In this document: positions 19,512-33,841 of the stretch, in pieces | How the letters are laid out: each line of letters starts with the position of its first letter | Numbering within the stretch: the first letter of the stretch is position 1 | Origin: an uncultured Bacilli bacterium | GTDB taxonomy: Bacteria; Bacillota_I; Bacilli_A; RFN20; CAG-826 | Assembly (NCBI GenBank): GCA_944363535.1 | Contig: CALVUG010000002.1 | Span: forward strand, 10,249-74,248 | Length of the DNA: 64,000 bases | Reading direction: 5' to 3' | Position numbers and translations under genes: made by a program | Notes under the pieces: generated by a model | What the model saw: the letters and a program-made list of their open reading frames with translations, nothing else | Told to the model about the DNA's origin: nothing | Database searches by the model: none

Positions 19512-20255
19512 TTACTTTAAAGAGATGTAGACCTCAGGTCCTTCTCCTCTTTCGAAACTAAATTTATCGGGTGGGAAAATATCCATGGGCTTTTTAACCC
19601 CGTAGGTAGAAAAGTTAATGGAAGGAAATACTTGATAAAGTTTAGAGACAAGTAAGGCAAATGGATATTTTGAATTTTCGCTAGAATTTAAGATGTTGCT
19701 CGCTAAATCTAAAACCATATCTAACGTCGGTTCGCTTTCGTAAACTTGTTGATCACTTGTTTCATCCACTTCTTCTTTCACTTCTTCTACTTTCTTTTTA
19801 CTCGTCACTTTCTTATGCACGGGTTTAGCTTTTAAAGTGAAGAAACGGTCGCAAGCGTTAACGAAAGCTTGTGGAGTCTTACTTTCACCCGCTCCGATGA
19901 CGTACATATTCGATTCTTTCAATCTTTTGACTAGACCCGTAAAATCGCTATCGCTCGACATGATGCAAAAAGCATCAACATTTCCGCTATATAAGATGTC
20001 CATCGCATCGATGATGAGCCTAGAATCGGTGACATTTTTTTGCTTAGTGTAAGAAAATTCTTGAACAGGTGTAATCGAATGAACATTAATTAATTTTACC
20101 CAGCCTGTTTCGTATCGACTCGTAAAGTCACCATACATCCTTTTATAAGTTACTTTACCAAAGGTAATAAGCTTTTCATAAAGCTCTGTAAAATAATTAG
20201 AAGAAACATTTTCAGTATCGATTAATAAAGCGATACGTAAGTTATTATTTTCCAT
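19512..20255 (-). CDS. NYN-domain (LabA-like) RNase with C-terminal OST-HTH/LOTUS-like domain
   Basis: …IALLIDTENV…DSRLIIDAMD…IMSSDSDF… NYN catalytic Asp residues. Lys/Glu linker, then ~70-aa LOTUS-like C-terminal module. Confidence 0.7.
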   Translation of the reverse strand: MENNNLRIALLIDTENVSSNYFTELYEKLITFGKVTYKRMYGDFTSRYETGWVKLINVHSITPVQEFSYTKQKNVTDSRLIIDAMDILYSGNVDAFCIMSSDSDFTGLVKRLKESNMYVIGAGESKTPQAFVNACDRFFTLKAKPVHKKVTSKKKVEEVKEEVDETSDQQVYESEPTLDMVLDLASNILNSSENSKYPFALLVSKLYQVFPSINFSTYGVKKPMDIFPPDKFSFERGEGPEVYISLK

Positions 20256-21281
20256 TTAATTTTTACTCCCTTCTTCATGTTTTATTAAGAAGTGATAAGC
20301 ATCTTTTAAAGCATCTTCAACGCTAAATTTAGGTGCGAAGCCTAATTCTTTTTGGGCTAAATCGATAGAAGCATAAGACGCGGTCGCGTCCCCCGCTCTT
20401 CTTGGACCGATGACGTAAGGTAAATCGATATGATTAACCTTTTTAAAAGCATTCACTAATTCTAAGACAGAAGTACCTTTACCTGTACCTAAATTATAAA
20501 TCTTAAGAGGTTCTTCTATCGTTAAAATTTTCTTGATGGCTAAGACGTGCCCATGCGCTAAATCGCAGACGTGAATATAATCGCGAATACAACTGCCATC
20601 AGGCGTATCATAATCATCACCGAAGACAGTAAGATGATCAATTTTTTTAGCCGCTACTCGTAAAATGTAAGGTACGAGATTATTAGGAATATCTTTTGGG
20701 TCTTCACCGATGAGACCAGAAGCATGCGCTCCAATAGGATTAAAGTATCTTAGTAAAATAGCGTGCATGCCTTCATTTGCCTTAACGAAATCTTTGATGA
20801 GCATCTCATTAATTAATTTCGTCTCGCCATATGGATTTTTAATCTCACCAATTGGGGTATCTTCGGTACAAGGAAGAACTTTTGGATCACCATAGACTGT
20901 GGCAGAACTTGAAAAGATAATATTATGAACATGATGTTTTTGCATCGCTTTTAAAATAGCGATCGTTCCATCGATATTTACTTCGTAATATAGTAAGGGT
21001 TTAACGACCGATTCAGCGACAGCTTTTAAAGCCGCGAAATGGATGACTGCACTTATATCATTTTCGCTAAATACTTTCTCTAAAAGTGCGTTATCGCGCA
21101 CATCACCTTGATAAAATTTAGGCATTTTACCAGTAATTTGCTGGATATAAGATAAAACTTCGATATGTGAGTTAGATAGATTATCGATGATGCAAACATC
21201 GTAACCTTCATTTAATAAATCGACGACAGTGTGGCTACCAATGAAACCTAAACCACCAGTTGTGAGTATCATTTTTTTCAT
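20256..21281 (-). CDS. galE: UDP-glucose 4-epimerase
   Basis: …TGGLGFIGSHTVVDLL… Rossmann motif, …YGETK… (YxxxK) and …LRYFNPIGAH… GalE signatures. Confidence 0.9.
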   Translation of the reverse strand: MKKMILTTGGLGFIGSHTVVDLLNEGYDVCIIDNLSNSHIEVLSYIQQITGKMPKFYQGDVRDNALLEKVFSENDISAVIHFAALKAVAESVVKPLLYYEVNIDGTIAILKAMQKHHVHNIIFSSSATVYGDPKVLPCTEDTPIGEIKNPYGETKLINEMLIKDFVKANEGMHAILLRYFNPIGAHASGLIGEDPKDIPNNLVPYILRVAAKKIDHLTVFGDDYDTPDGSCIRDYIHVCDLAHGHVLAIKKILTIEEPLKIYNLGTGKGTSVLELVNAFKKVNHIDLPYVIGPRRAGDATASYASIDLAQKELGFAPKFSVEDALKDAYHFLIKHEEGSKN

Positions 21282-21287
21282 ATATTT

Positions 21288-22715
21288 TTACCTCTTTTTT
21301 AATTCTTCATTTAATAATTTAGACGCTAAAGCGGGATTAGCTTTGCCTTTAGTTTCTTTCATAATTTGACCAACTAAGAATGAAGCTGCTCTCCCCTTCC
21401 CATTTTTAAAATCTTGAATCGCTGTCGGATTTTCATCGAGCAAGCGATTGATGAGTGTTAATAAAGTCGCTTCATCACTAATTTGAGAAATATCGTTTTT
21501 CTTAACGATGTCGATTGGACTTTCATCGCTCTTGACAATTTGTTTAAAAATATCTCTAGCCTGAGCGTTAGATATTTTCTTTTCACCCACTAAGTTAATA
21601 AGTTCACCAAGATGTTTAGCGGATAAGTTAAAAATTGCATTCATGCCACTTACGTAAGTTAAGACGTCTCCGTTGATGAAGTGAATTAATAAATCGTAAT
21701 ATGAACAAGTTTCTACTGTTTCATCAAATAGTAACGCTAACGAACGATTTTTTAACAAAGTTAAAGCATCGTATTCGCTTACTTTAAATTCCTGCGTGTA
21801 ACGTTCAAATTTGACGTCCGCGAGTTCATATGAACTACTAATCGTATCTTCAATAAATTTATCGCTTAAAGAAATAGGTAAGATATTCGGTTCACTAAAG
21901 TATTTATAATCGACTGCGTCAGTCTTAACACGCATGAGGACAGTTTCCATCTTACTTTCATCAAATCTTCTCGTCTCTTGCCTAACTTTTTCGCCATTTT
22001 CGATTAAAGATTTTTGTCTTTCAATTTCATAAGCGATAGCTTTTTCTACATTCGCTGTCGAGTTAAGGTTTTTAATTTCAACTTTGGTGCCAAATTGTTC
22101 GCTACCTTTTGGAGCGATAGAAATATTGACGTCACAACGTAAAGAACCTTCTTCCATCTTGCCATCGCTCACGTCAAGATAGACGCAAATTTCTCTAATC
22201 TTTTCGACGTATAATCTCGCTACTTTTGCATCGTGAATGCAAGGCAAGGTGACGATTTCACAAAGTGGGACGCCGGCACGATTATAATCTAACAATGTAA
22301 AATCAGTGTAATGTAGTTGCTTACACGTATCTTCTTCCATATGTAATCTTTCGATATCGACACGTACTTCTTTTCCGTCTAATTTGACGAGTAAGTAACC
22401 ATTTTTACCAATCGGTCTTTCATTTTGTGTAATTTGATAACCCTTTGGTAAATCGCTATAGAAGTAATTTTTACGATCAAAATATAAAGTGTGATCAATC
22501 TCCATATGTAGAGCATTAGATAACTTAATAGCGTTTTCCACTGCTTTCTTATTGACGGTAGGTAAAGTACCTGGCATCCCTAAGTCGATTGGTAAGACGG
22601 AAGTGTTAGGTTTTTTACCATAGACGTTAGGAGCGCTAGAAAACATCTTCGAATTTGATTTCGTCTCAACGTGAATTTCTAATCCAATCGTGGCTTCATA
22701 GATGACATTATTCAT
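21288..22715 (-). CDS. gatB: Asp-tRNA(Asn)/Glu-tRNA(Gln) amidotransferase subunit B
   Basis: MNNVIYEATIGLEIHVE… canonical GatB start. Confidence 0.95.
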   Translation of the reverse strand: MNNVIYEATIGLEIHVETKSNSKMFSSAPNVYGKKPNTSVLPIDLGMPGTLPTVNKKAVENAIKLSNALHMEIDHTLYFDRKNYFYSDLPKGYQITQNERPIGKNGYLLVKLDGKEVRVDIERLHMEEDTCKQLHYTDFTLLDYNRAGVPLCEIVTLPCIHDAKVARLYVEKIREICVYLDVSDGKMEEGSLRCDVNISIAPKGSEQFGTKVEIKNLNSTANVEKAIAYEIERQKSLIENGEKVRQETRRFDESKMETVLMRVKTDAVDYKYFSEPNILPISLSDKFIEDTISSSYELADVKFERYTQEFKVSEYDALTLLKNRSLALLFDETVETCSYYDLLIHFINGDVLTYVSGMNAIFNLSAKHLGELINLVGEKKISNAQARDIFKQIVKSDESPIDIVKKNDISQISDEATLLTLINRLLDENPTAIQDFKNGKGRAASFLVGQIMKETKGKANPALASKLLNEELKKR

Positions 22716-24174
22716 ATTTATTCACCTCCGGATAAGAAAGACCTTTCATACCAGTCGTCTTCTCGATGACCTTAGCGATGCGCAAAAGTTTTAAATCATC
22801 AAACGTCTTTGCTGTCACGTTCACCGCAAAGGGCATCTTATCTTTTAAACCGATGGGTAAAGTGATCGATGGCCCGCCTGAGAAATTTGCGATCGCTAAG
22901 TAGTTATCGTTAATGACGTAAGCATCTGATAATTTATCTGTAGCTTCGAAAAATTTAGGAGCGATGGAAGGCGCCGCAAGCGAGATGAAGCCATCCGCGT
23001 CCGCGAGTAATTCATTTAAACGTTCCACGATTTTTCTTCTCACTTTTTTCGCTCTTAAAAATAACGTCTTTTGATTCTCTTTATATAAGACGTAACTTCC
23101 GATGACGAAACGACGTTTAATTAAATTAGAAAAGCCTTCAGTTCTCGCATTCATCATCACTTCTTGATAAGTTTTACCTTCTGGTCTAGGACCAAATTTA
23201 ACCCCATCTAAATTTGCGTTATTGCTCGTCGCTTCGGCAAAAGAGATGACGTTATAAGTTGGATATATAGCTGCTAATAAATCGTGACCAAATGTTACTT
23301 CTTTGATGGTGATACCTTGTTCTTTTAATTTACAAAGTAAATTATGATAGACATTTTTCGTCACTTCATCTTTTAAATTGACATCTAAATCTTTAAAGAC
23401 AAGAAGCGTGATATTTTTTGCTTCATCTTTACTTTCATCATCTTCTAAGGTGACATCTAATGAAGTCGCATCGTTTAAATCGTGCTTCACTAATAAGTTA
23501 AGTAATAATCTAGCATCATCTACTCCGCGCGTAAAATAAGCGACTGTATCTAGCGATGGAGCGTAACTAAATAAACCATACCTTGAAATTAGTCCCCAAG
23601 TAGGTTTAAAACCTACTAATCCTGCATAAGAGGCGGGTTTTCTAACTGAATCACCCGTATCTGAACCGATAGCGAAAGGAACGATCGATGCGCTGACAGA
23701 GGCTGCAGAGCCACTAGAAGAACCGCCAATCATACGTTCATGCTTTGGATCATAAGGATTATAAGTTGTACCAATATGAGAGGTCGTACCGGTCCCACCC
23801 ATCGCTAATTCATCCATGCTGGCTTTGGCTACCATGACTGCTTTTGCTTCTTTTAAAAGTTTATAGACACTCGCATCGTAAAGTGGAACGAAGTCATTTA
23901 AGATATTCGAGCTCGCCGTAGTCTTAATACCTTTCGTGGAATAATTATCTTTTAAGACGTAAGGAATACCATAGAAAACATTATCAAAAGGTACTTCTTC
24001 TTCATCTAACTTTAAAGCAAGGCGAAGAGCTTCTTCTTCATTGACCAATTCGAAGGCATTATTCGTATCTTTTTTAACTCTTTCTAATGCTTCTTTACAA
24101 AGTAAAGATGGTTTAGTTTTGCCTTCTAATAAAGCTTTATGAATACTTAAGATATCTAAATCTAAATAAGACAT
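22708..24174 (-). CDS. gatA: Glu-tRNA(Gln) amidotransferase subunit A
   Basis: Amidase signature …GGSSSGSAASVSAS… . Overlaps gatB by 8 nt. Confidence 0.95.
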   Translation of the reverse strand: MSYLDLDILSIHKALLEGKTKPSLLCKEALERVKKDTNNAFELVNEEEALRLALKLDEEEVPFDNVFYGIPYVLKDNYSTKGIKTTASSNILNDFVPLYDASVYKLLKEAKAVMVAKASMDELAMGGTGTTSHIGTTYNPYDPKHERMIGGSSSGSAASVSASIVPFAIGSDTGDSVRKPASYAGLVGFKPTWGLISRYGLFSYAPSLDTVAYFTRGVDDARLLLNLLVKHDLNDATSLDVTLEDDESKDEAKNITLLVFKDLDVNLKDEVTKNVYHNLLCKLKEQGITIKEVTFGHDLLAAIYPTYNVISFAEATSNNANLDGVKFGPRPEGKTYQEVMMNARTEGFSNLIKRRFVIGSYVLYKENQKTLFLRAKKVRRKIVERLNELLADADGFISLAAPSIAPKFFEATDKLSDAYVINDNYLAIANFSGGPSITLPIGLKDKMPFAVNVTAKTFDDLKLLRIAKVIEKTTGMKGLSYPEVNKYE

Positions 24175-28672
<4,498 letters not shown>

Positions 28673-28675
28673 AAA

Positions 28676-30820
28676 TTAGTAGACCTCTTTAAATAAGTAA
28701 GAATCGAATCGTTTGACTTTGATAGGCTTATATTTCTTCTTAATTTGATAACGTAATTGCTTTTGATAAGTCTTCACAATTTTAAAAGATAAGGTATACA
28801 TCAAATCGCTATGCATAAGGTGATATCTTCTTGAGAGTGGTTTAATAAATAAGAACGAACTTAAAGAGGCAAAGCTACCTAGTAAAAGTAAAGCAAATAA
28901 AGCCGTCCAAGAAGTAAGATTCAATGTATAACAAAGCGTGATATTGATGATAAGAGCAAGACTTAAAGGAATTAAAGGTAATAATAAATTATCGAAGAAA
29001 TATCTTCTCGCTTCCATCTTTCGATATTTCGAAGAGAAAGCGATGATTAAGAATAAAACACTTATACCTAAAGTGACGATGAAGATACCTAAGAAATTAA
29101 AGAAGATAAAATAGCCTAGAGGTAGACCTACGACCACAAGTAAAAGATAGAAAATGGTCGCCCCTAAATTAGCCTTTTGATGTTTAGAAAGTCTCGCTAA
29201 GGTGTAGATGATGTAAGGTGATGTTAACGCTAAAACGAATAAGGAAGCATATAGATAAATTATTTGAGGAACCATTCCTTCATAACTTAAAAATATGGGT
29301 AAAGCCCCAATTAAACTACCTAAAACTGCCATAATAAGTAAGGAGAAGCAATTAGAAATCGCTAATAAATTATTCTTTGGATTAATAGCAATTTTTGGTT
29401 TCAATTCATGATATTTTAATTCGTTAATTTCTTCTCTATTACGAGCGTGATAATAAGTTCCTAGAACTGGCACTAAGACGATGAAGTTGATGGCTAAACC
29501 TTTGGTTGAAACATCGAAGAAATAAGTCGATTCAAATATGCTATGCACTGTAATAGAAATAAATGTGATTAAAGAGATTGCGGCTAAGCGTTTATCAATA
29601 GCAAATAAACGAATGATAACGTAGAAGACGTAAATATAGAAAATTAAATAAAGCGTAAGCCAAATAATTCCACCTTGGCCAAGCACTTCTAAGAAACCAT
29701 TATGCGCCCACATCGTCGCTCTCATTGAGCCATAAGAGAATGATAAAAGATAATTGAAATAACGGATTCCACGTCCAAAGATAAGATAGACACTTCCAGA
29801 GATTAAATCCCCTACTTTACGCCAGATGGTGACGCGCGTATCGTTAAATAAGCGATTATGAATAAAACTCATCGAATCGTTGAACCATTCGCTCACGCTA
29901 GGGACTAAGAAGTAACAAGTGACAAATGACACGATGCCAATAAGTAATAAAGAAGAAACAACCGATAAGATGATGATATTTCTTTTTAATGTTTTTTGAT
30001 TGAACGATGTAAAGAAAATTGCGACGTAGAAAAGTAGATAGAACGCTACCCCGATGATGACGCAAAGTTGACTAGAAGAAGCGAAAGCAAAAAAGAGCAT
30101 GATAGGGAAGAAGAAATGGTAGAAGAAACGATGTCTTTGCGTATATAAATAAGCGACGATGAACATCCCCATCAAAGAGAATAAGCCGAAGACGTTCACA
30201 TTAGTGAAAAATGATCCAGCCGTGATGCTATCAATAGAAAAACCATCTTGGAATGCTGCTGCATATTTATCGAATTCGACGATGAGAGAATAAGCATAAG
30301 AAAAGAAGACGAAAATTAAGAAGATGACGAAGAAATATCTTAATTGTCTTAATGAATAAAATTTTCTTGGCACTAAAACCATGAATAAATAGACGCAAAG
30401 AGCAGTTAAAAGAATGTAGATGAGAGCTTCAATTTGATCGTAATGCGTATGAGTCACTAAAGCTTCGATGTAAGTTCCATCGGTTAAACCAACTCTTACT
30501 ACTTCGCGAAGTGGCGTAACAAAGATAGCGACGATATTCGAAATAGTTAACAAAGTGATGACACTAACGATGAGGAAAGATGGCTTTAAATTGCGATTCT
30601 TACGTTCTAGGAAAAAGTAGACGACGAGCATGATGACAATAGCGGCGAAAAATAACATATGCTCGACGTTACCAATCTTGCTTGAATAATCGGTGGAGAA
30701 AAGCGCTACCGCTTCACCAAAATAAGCGATGAAGATGAGTATTAAATACATCAATGCGTTCGTGACGACCAATTTTTTATTCATGCATTTATTATAGACA
30801 AAAAAACAACGCCATGGCAT
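28676..30820 (-). CDS. large polytopic membrane protein with O-antigen-ligase/Wzy_C-like motif
   Basis: ~20 predicted TM helices. …WAHNGFLEVLGQGGIIW… matches the H-N-x-x-L-E-x-x-x-E/Q-x-G-x-x-G signature of the Wzy_C/O-antigen ligase family. Start is either TTG 30820 or ATG 30784 (MNKKLVV…). Confidence 0.6.
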   Translation of the reverse strand: MPWRCFFVYNKCMNKKLVVTNALMYLILIFIAYFGEAVALFSTDYSSKIGNVEHMLFFAAIVIMLVVYFFLERKNRNLKPSFLIVSVITLLTISNIVAIFVTPLREVVRVGLTDGTYIEALVTHTHYDQIEALIYILLTALCVYLFMVLVPRKFYSLRQLRYFFVIFLIFVFFSYAYSLIVEFDKYAAAFQDGFSIDSITAGSFFTNVNVFGLFSLMGMFIVAYLYTQRHRFFYHFFFPIMLFFAFASSSQLCVIIGVAFYLLFYVAIFFTSFNQKTLKRNIIILSVVSSLLLIGIVSFVTCYFLVPSVSEWFNDSMSFIHNRLFNDTRVTIWRKVGDLISGSVYLIFGRGIRYFNYLLSFSYGSMRATMWAHNGFLEVLGQGGIIWLTLYLIFYIYVFYVIIRLFAIDKRLAAISLITFISITVHSIFESTYFFDVSTKGLAINFIVLVPVLGTYYHARNREEINELKYHELKPKIAINPKNNLLAISNCFSLLIMAVLGSLIGALPIFLSYEGMVPQIIYLYASLFVLALTSPYIIYTLARLSKHQKANLGATIFYLLLVVVGLPLGYFIFFNFLGIFIVTLGISVLFLIIAFSSKYRKMEARRYFFDNLLLPLIPLSLALIINITLCYTLNLTSWTALFALLLLGSFASLSSFLFIKPLSRRYHLMHSDLMYTLSFKIVKTYQKQLRYQIKKKYKPIKVKRFDSYLFKEVY

Positions 30821-30855
30821 TGTTTTTTCTTGTTAATAAATAAAATATTTAATTT

Positions 30856-31809
30856 TTACATAGTGCGGTCTTGTTTATCGACCTTTTTCGCGTCTTCTTT
30901 AATGTCGCCCACTAAGAAATTTAAGATGTCATTGTAGACGACTTCTTTATCGACTTCATTGAGGATTTCATGACGCATATTGGGATAGATGATAGTGTTG
31001 ACATCATTTAAGCCAAGCTTCTTATACATCTTATCTAATTTCATGACGCGTTTAGAATATCCACCGATAGGATCTTCCGCACCAGAAACGATGAGAATGG
31101 ACATATCTTTACGAATCTTTTTAAGGAATCGTTTTTTCCAAAGACGAGATAGACCTTTTAAGAATTCACGATAGAAGCCATGCGAATAAACTCCACCACA
31201 AAGAGGGTTAACCATAAATTCTTCATTATTAGCTTCGTTAGTGGAAAGCCAATCGGCTTCGCACTTCAAAGGTTTAGGACAACGTTTGTTCACGTTACCG
31301 AGGACGAGCTTATCTAAGAATTTAGAAGGTTTATCAACATTTTTCTTTGTCGTGACAAGTCTAGCGAGACGATACGCTAATGAAACGCCATTGATCTTAG
31401 CAGAACCGACGATGACGACACGTGAAATATGCTTAGTGTAACGTTGGATGTAATCTTGGACGATGAATGAGCCCATGCTATGACCGAGAATGTAAGTAGG
31501 TAAACAAGACAAACGAAGTTTAGCGACGAGTTCATCTAAAATATTGACGTATTTTCTAAAACCTGATTTAGGCCAAATGCCTAAACATTCTTTATTTTCG
31601 ATGACATTTTCGCCTTGACCAAAATGATCGATACAATAGACATTCAATTTATTTTTATTTAAGAATTTGGCGAAATCATCATAGCGGGTTGAAGTTTCTT
31701 TCATGCCGGTGACGATGATGACGTTGGCGATGGGTTTTTCGACTGTCCAGGCATTACCGAACAGCGTCTTATCTGTTTTTGATTTTAAGCTAATACGTTC
31801 TCTACTCAT
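30856..31809 (-). CDS. alpha/beta-hydrolase (lysophospholipase/monoacylglycerol-lipase-like)
   Basis: …ILGHSMGSFIV… nucleophile elbow (GHSMG), with Asp/His later. Cytoplasmic. Confidence 0.75.
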   Translation of the reverse strand: MSRERISLKSKTDKTLFGNAWTVEKPIANVIIVTGMKETSTRYDDFAKFLNKNKLNVYCIDHFGQGENVIENKECLGIWPKSGFRKYVNILDELVAKLRLSCLPTYILGHSMGSFIVQDYIQRYTKHISRVVIVGSAKINGVSLAYRLARLVTTKKNVDKPSKFLDKLVLGNVNKRCPKPLKCEADWLSTNEANNEEFMVNPLCGGVYSHGFYREFLKGLSRLWKKRFLKKIRKDMSILIVSGAEDPIGGYSKRVMKLDKMYKKLGLNDVNTIIYPNMRHEILNEVDKEVVYNDILNFLVGDIKEDAKKVDKQDRTM

Positions 31810-31834
31810 GTTTTTAAAACCTCGTACGACAAAA

Positions 31835-31843
31835 ATTATATCA
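31835..31843 (-). promoter_or_regulatory. extended -10 promoter element (TGaTATAAT) for the alpha/beta-hydrolase gene
   Basis: Minus strand reads TTTTTGATATAATTTTTG 20-30 nt upstream of the GAGG RBS and ATG at 31809. Confidence 0.5.
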
Positions 31844-32260
31844 AAAAAGCCCTAACTTTGTTAGAATTTTTTCACTCCCTAAGTAATAGCTATCTATTTT
31901 TGCTTCCTTTATTTCAAGCATCGTCGGTGTTCCAATTAGATAAATATTGGTTGCGTCGCTAACGCCTAAAATACTATCTTGAATAAAATTTTCATTAGGA
32001 GGCGTAAGTTCATGCGAATAGATTAAAAAGTAGAAGTTATCGTGACTTAATCCATAAGGTATTATTTCTTGCTTAATAGAATCACAAACGTAACACCCAC
32101 CCGAATAAACGTAGATAAAATAATGGAAATTTGGTGGAGAAAAGATGTTTTCATACGTCAAATGTTTATCATTTACATCTTTATATGAATAAGTCTTTAC
32201 TTCACCTTGACACGCGATTAAAAAGAAAGGTAAAAGGATAAAAACTAAAAATTTTTTCAT
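31841..32260 (-). CDS. thioredoxin-fold lipoprotein (CxxC active site CYVC)
   Basis: Signal peptide plus lipobox MKKFLVFILLPFFLIAC. …YVYSGGCYVCDSIKQEI… Trx-like CxxC. …GTPTMLEI… cis-Pro region. Confidence 0.6.
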   Translation of the reverse strand: MKKFLVFILLPFFLIACQGEVKTYSYKDVNDKHLTYENIFSPPNFHYFIYVYSGGCYVCDSIKQEIIPYGLSHDNFYFLIYSHELTPPNENFIQDSILGVSDATNIYLIGTPTMLEIKEAKIDSYYLGSEKILTKLGLF

Positions 32261-32316
32261 AATAATTAATACACGTTTTTTAATGAAATAAGTTCATCTT
32301 ATGATAAGATTTAAGC

Positions 32317-33249
32317 ATGACGATTAAAGAAAGAAAGACGATTGTTGAAAATTTAACTTTGATGGCCATCATGGGGGCAATCAACGCTCTATTTTCTTTA
32401 TTTGCAACTTGGCTTCCTATCATCTCATTATTCTTAGTGATCATCTTACCTTTCACTAGCGTCATCATCGCTCTATATTGCAAACCAAGATATTTTTTCA
32501 TCTACATCGTAGCAACGATAGGTATTAGCTTACTTATTACGATGTATAACATGCAATACACTATCTTTTATCTTGTGCCCGCGATTTTTACAGGCTTAGG
32601 CTTTGGCTACCTCGTTAGAATTAAACTTCATAGTGCGATTATTTTATTTCTTACCGCTGCATTACAATTCTTATTAAGTTATGCGATGATTCCTTTGATC
32701 GATGCCTTATATGAAACGAGTTTAGTCGAACAATTTTTAACTCTTTTCAACTTAGCGGATAAACCATTTATTTACGTCATCGTTCCCGCTTTCATCTTCA
32801 TCATCGCTTTCGCTCAGACGACTTTTTCTTACATTGCCATCAGTAGCGAGATTAAAAAATTTAACTTTGCCTTAATTACCACGCCATTAAAAACATACGT
32901 CTCAGATGCATTAACGCTCATATTTTTAATTCTTACTTTAAGTTTTGCTTTCTTCTGTAGCGAAGCAAGTTACATCTTTTTAATATGTTCCTTATACTTC
33001 ATATGCCTAACTTTAATAAATTTATGTAGAGAAAAGAAACTTTGGATCTATTTAACACTAGGTGGAACATTTTTCTTATTCATCGTTTTATTTGCGTTAT
33101 TTTACGAGATGATTGTTCCCCCTAATCAGTTACTCGTCGTAGGAATATTACCCCTACTTTTCATTTTCGTCGACTTAATTAATATATTATTAATGCATTT
33201 TTCAAACGGACGTAAGATAATTAGTGAAGGAGAAATGAGCGATGATTAG
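32317..33249 (+). CDS. hypothetical polytopic membrane protein (~8 TM)
   Basis: 310-aa hydrophobic ORF, first of three co-oriented plus-strand genes with overlapping ends (ATGA/ATGAGCGATGA). Confidence 0.6.
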   Translation: MTIKERKTIVENLTLMAIMGAINALFSLFATWLPIISLFLVIILPFTSVIIALYCKPRYFFIYIVATIGISLLITMYNMQYTIFYLVPAIFTGLGFGYLVRIKLHSAIILFLTAALQFLLSYAMIPLIDALYETSLVEQFLTLFNLADKPFIYVIVPAFIFIIAFAQTTFSYIAISSEIKKFNFALITTPLKTYVSDALTLIFLILTLSFAFFCSEASYIFLICSLYFICLTLINLCREKKLWIYLTLGGTFFLFIVLFALFYEMIVPPNQLLVVGILPLLFIFVDLINILLMHFSNGRKIISEGEMSDD

Positions 33250-33841
33250 TTTTTTTAAATCACTAGGTCGAGGCATTCTTTACGTCGTAGGACTACCCTT
33301 TTTACTTGCCTTCGTTGCAATCTATGCCGTCTTTTCATTTTTCATCATCGCTTTCATGTTCTTTAAAGCTGTCGTCTTATTCTTCATGGGTAGGTCATTA
33401 TTTGATGAATTAGAAGAAGATAAGAAAGCGAAAGAAGTCTTAGCAAACATCGCTAATAGAAATCAACCAGTTGCCCCTAATTACGTAGGCAACGCAGCGA
33501 TGAATCAAGTCATGCCCCAAAGCAATAATTATCAGCCTCAAAATGCTTATGTTTCACAAAATAATAATCCAGAGCAAAATATTCAAAATAATAATTATAA
33601 TCAGTCTCAAAATTATCAAAACCAAACATATAATGAACCTCAAAATTATCAAAGCAATAATTATGATCAAACACAAAATTTGCAAAATGAAGTTCATGAT
33701 GAACCGCGCATTCAAGATGCCTATAAGAAGCCAATTGAAAATAATCAATCACTAAATAATTTCGAACAAGACGTTCAAATACATGAACAAGATGACTCCA
33801 CCGTCATAAACATTGAGGCAGGTGATGATGAAGATGAATAA
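33242..33841 (+). CDS. membrane-anchored Gln/Asn-rich low-complexity protein
   Basis: N-terminal TM hairpin (…ILYVVGLPFLLAFVAIYAVFSFFIIAFMFF…). Then ~110 aa of Q/N/Y-rich repeats (QNYQNQTYNEPQNYQSNNYDQTQNLQN) and an acidic tail. Confidence 0.6.
   Translation: MISFFKSLGRGILYVVGLPFLLAFVAIYAVFSFFIIAFMFFKAVVLFFMGRSLFDELEEDKKAKEVLANIANRNQPVAPNYVGNAAMNQVMPQSNNYQPQNAYVSQNNNPEQNIQNNNYNQSQNYQNQTYNEPQNYQSNNYDQTQNLQNEVHDEPRIQDAYKKPIENNQSLNNFEQDVQIHEQDDSTVINIEAGDDEDE

Noticed and set aside
32280-32501. 73-aa minus-strand ORF
   Set aside because: Antisense to the start of the 310-aa plus-strand membrane gene. No RBS. Likely spurious.
33510-33755. Three short ORFs in alternative frames within the Q/N-rich gene
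   Set aside because: Products of the low-complexity AAT/CAA-rich DNA. They encode Ile/Leu/Asn strings and have no start context.
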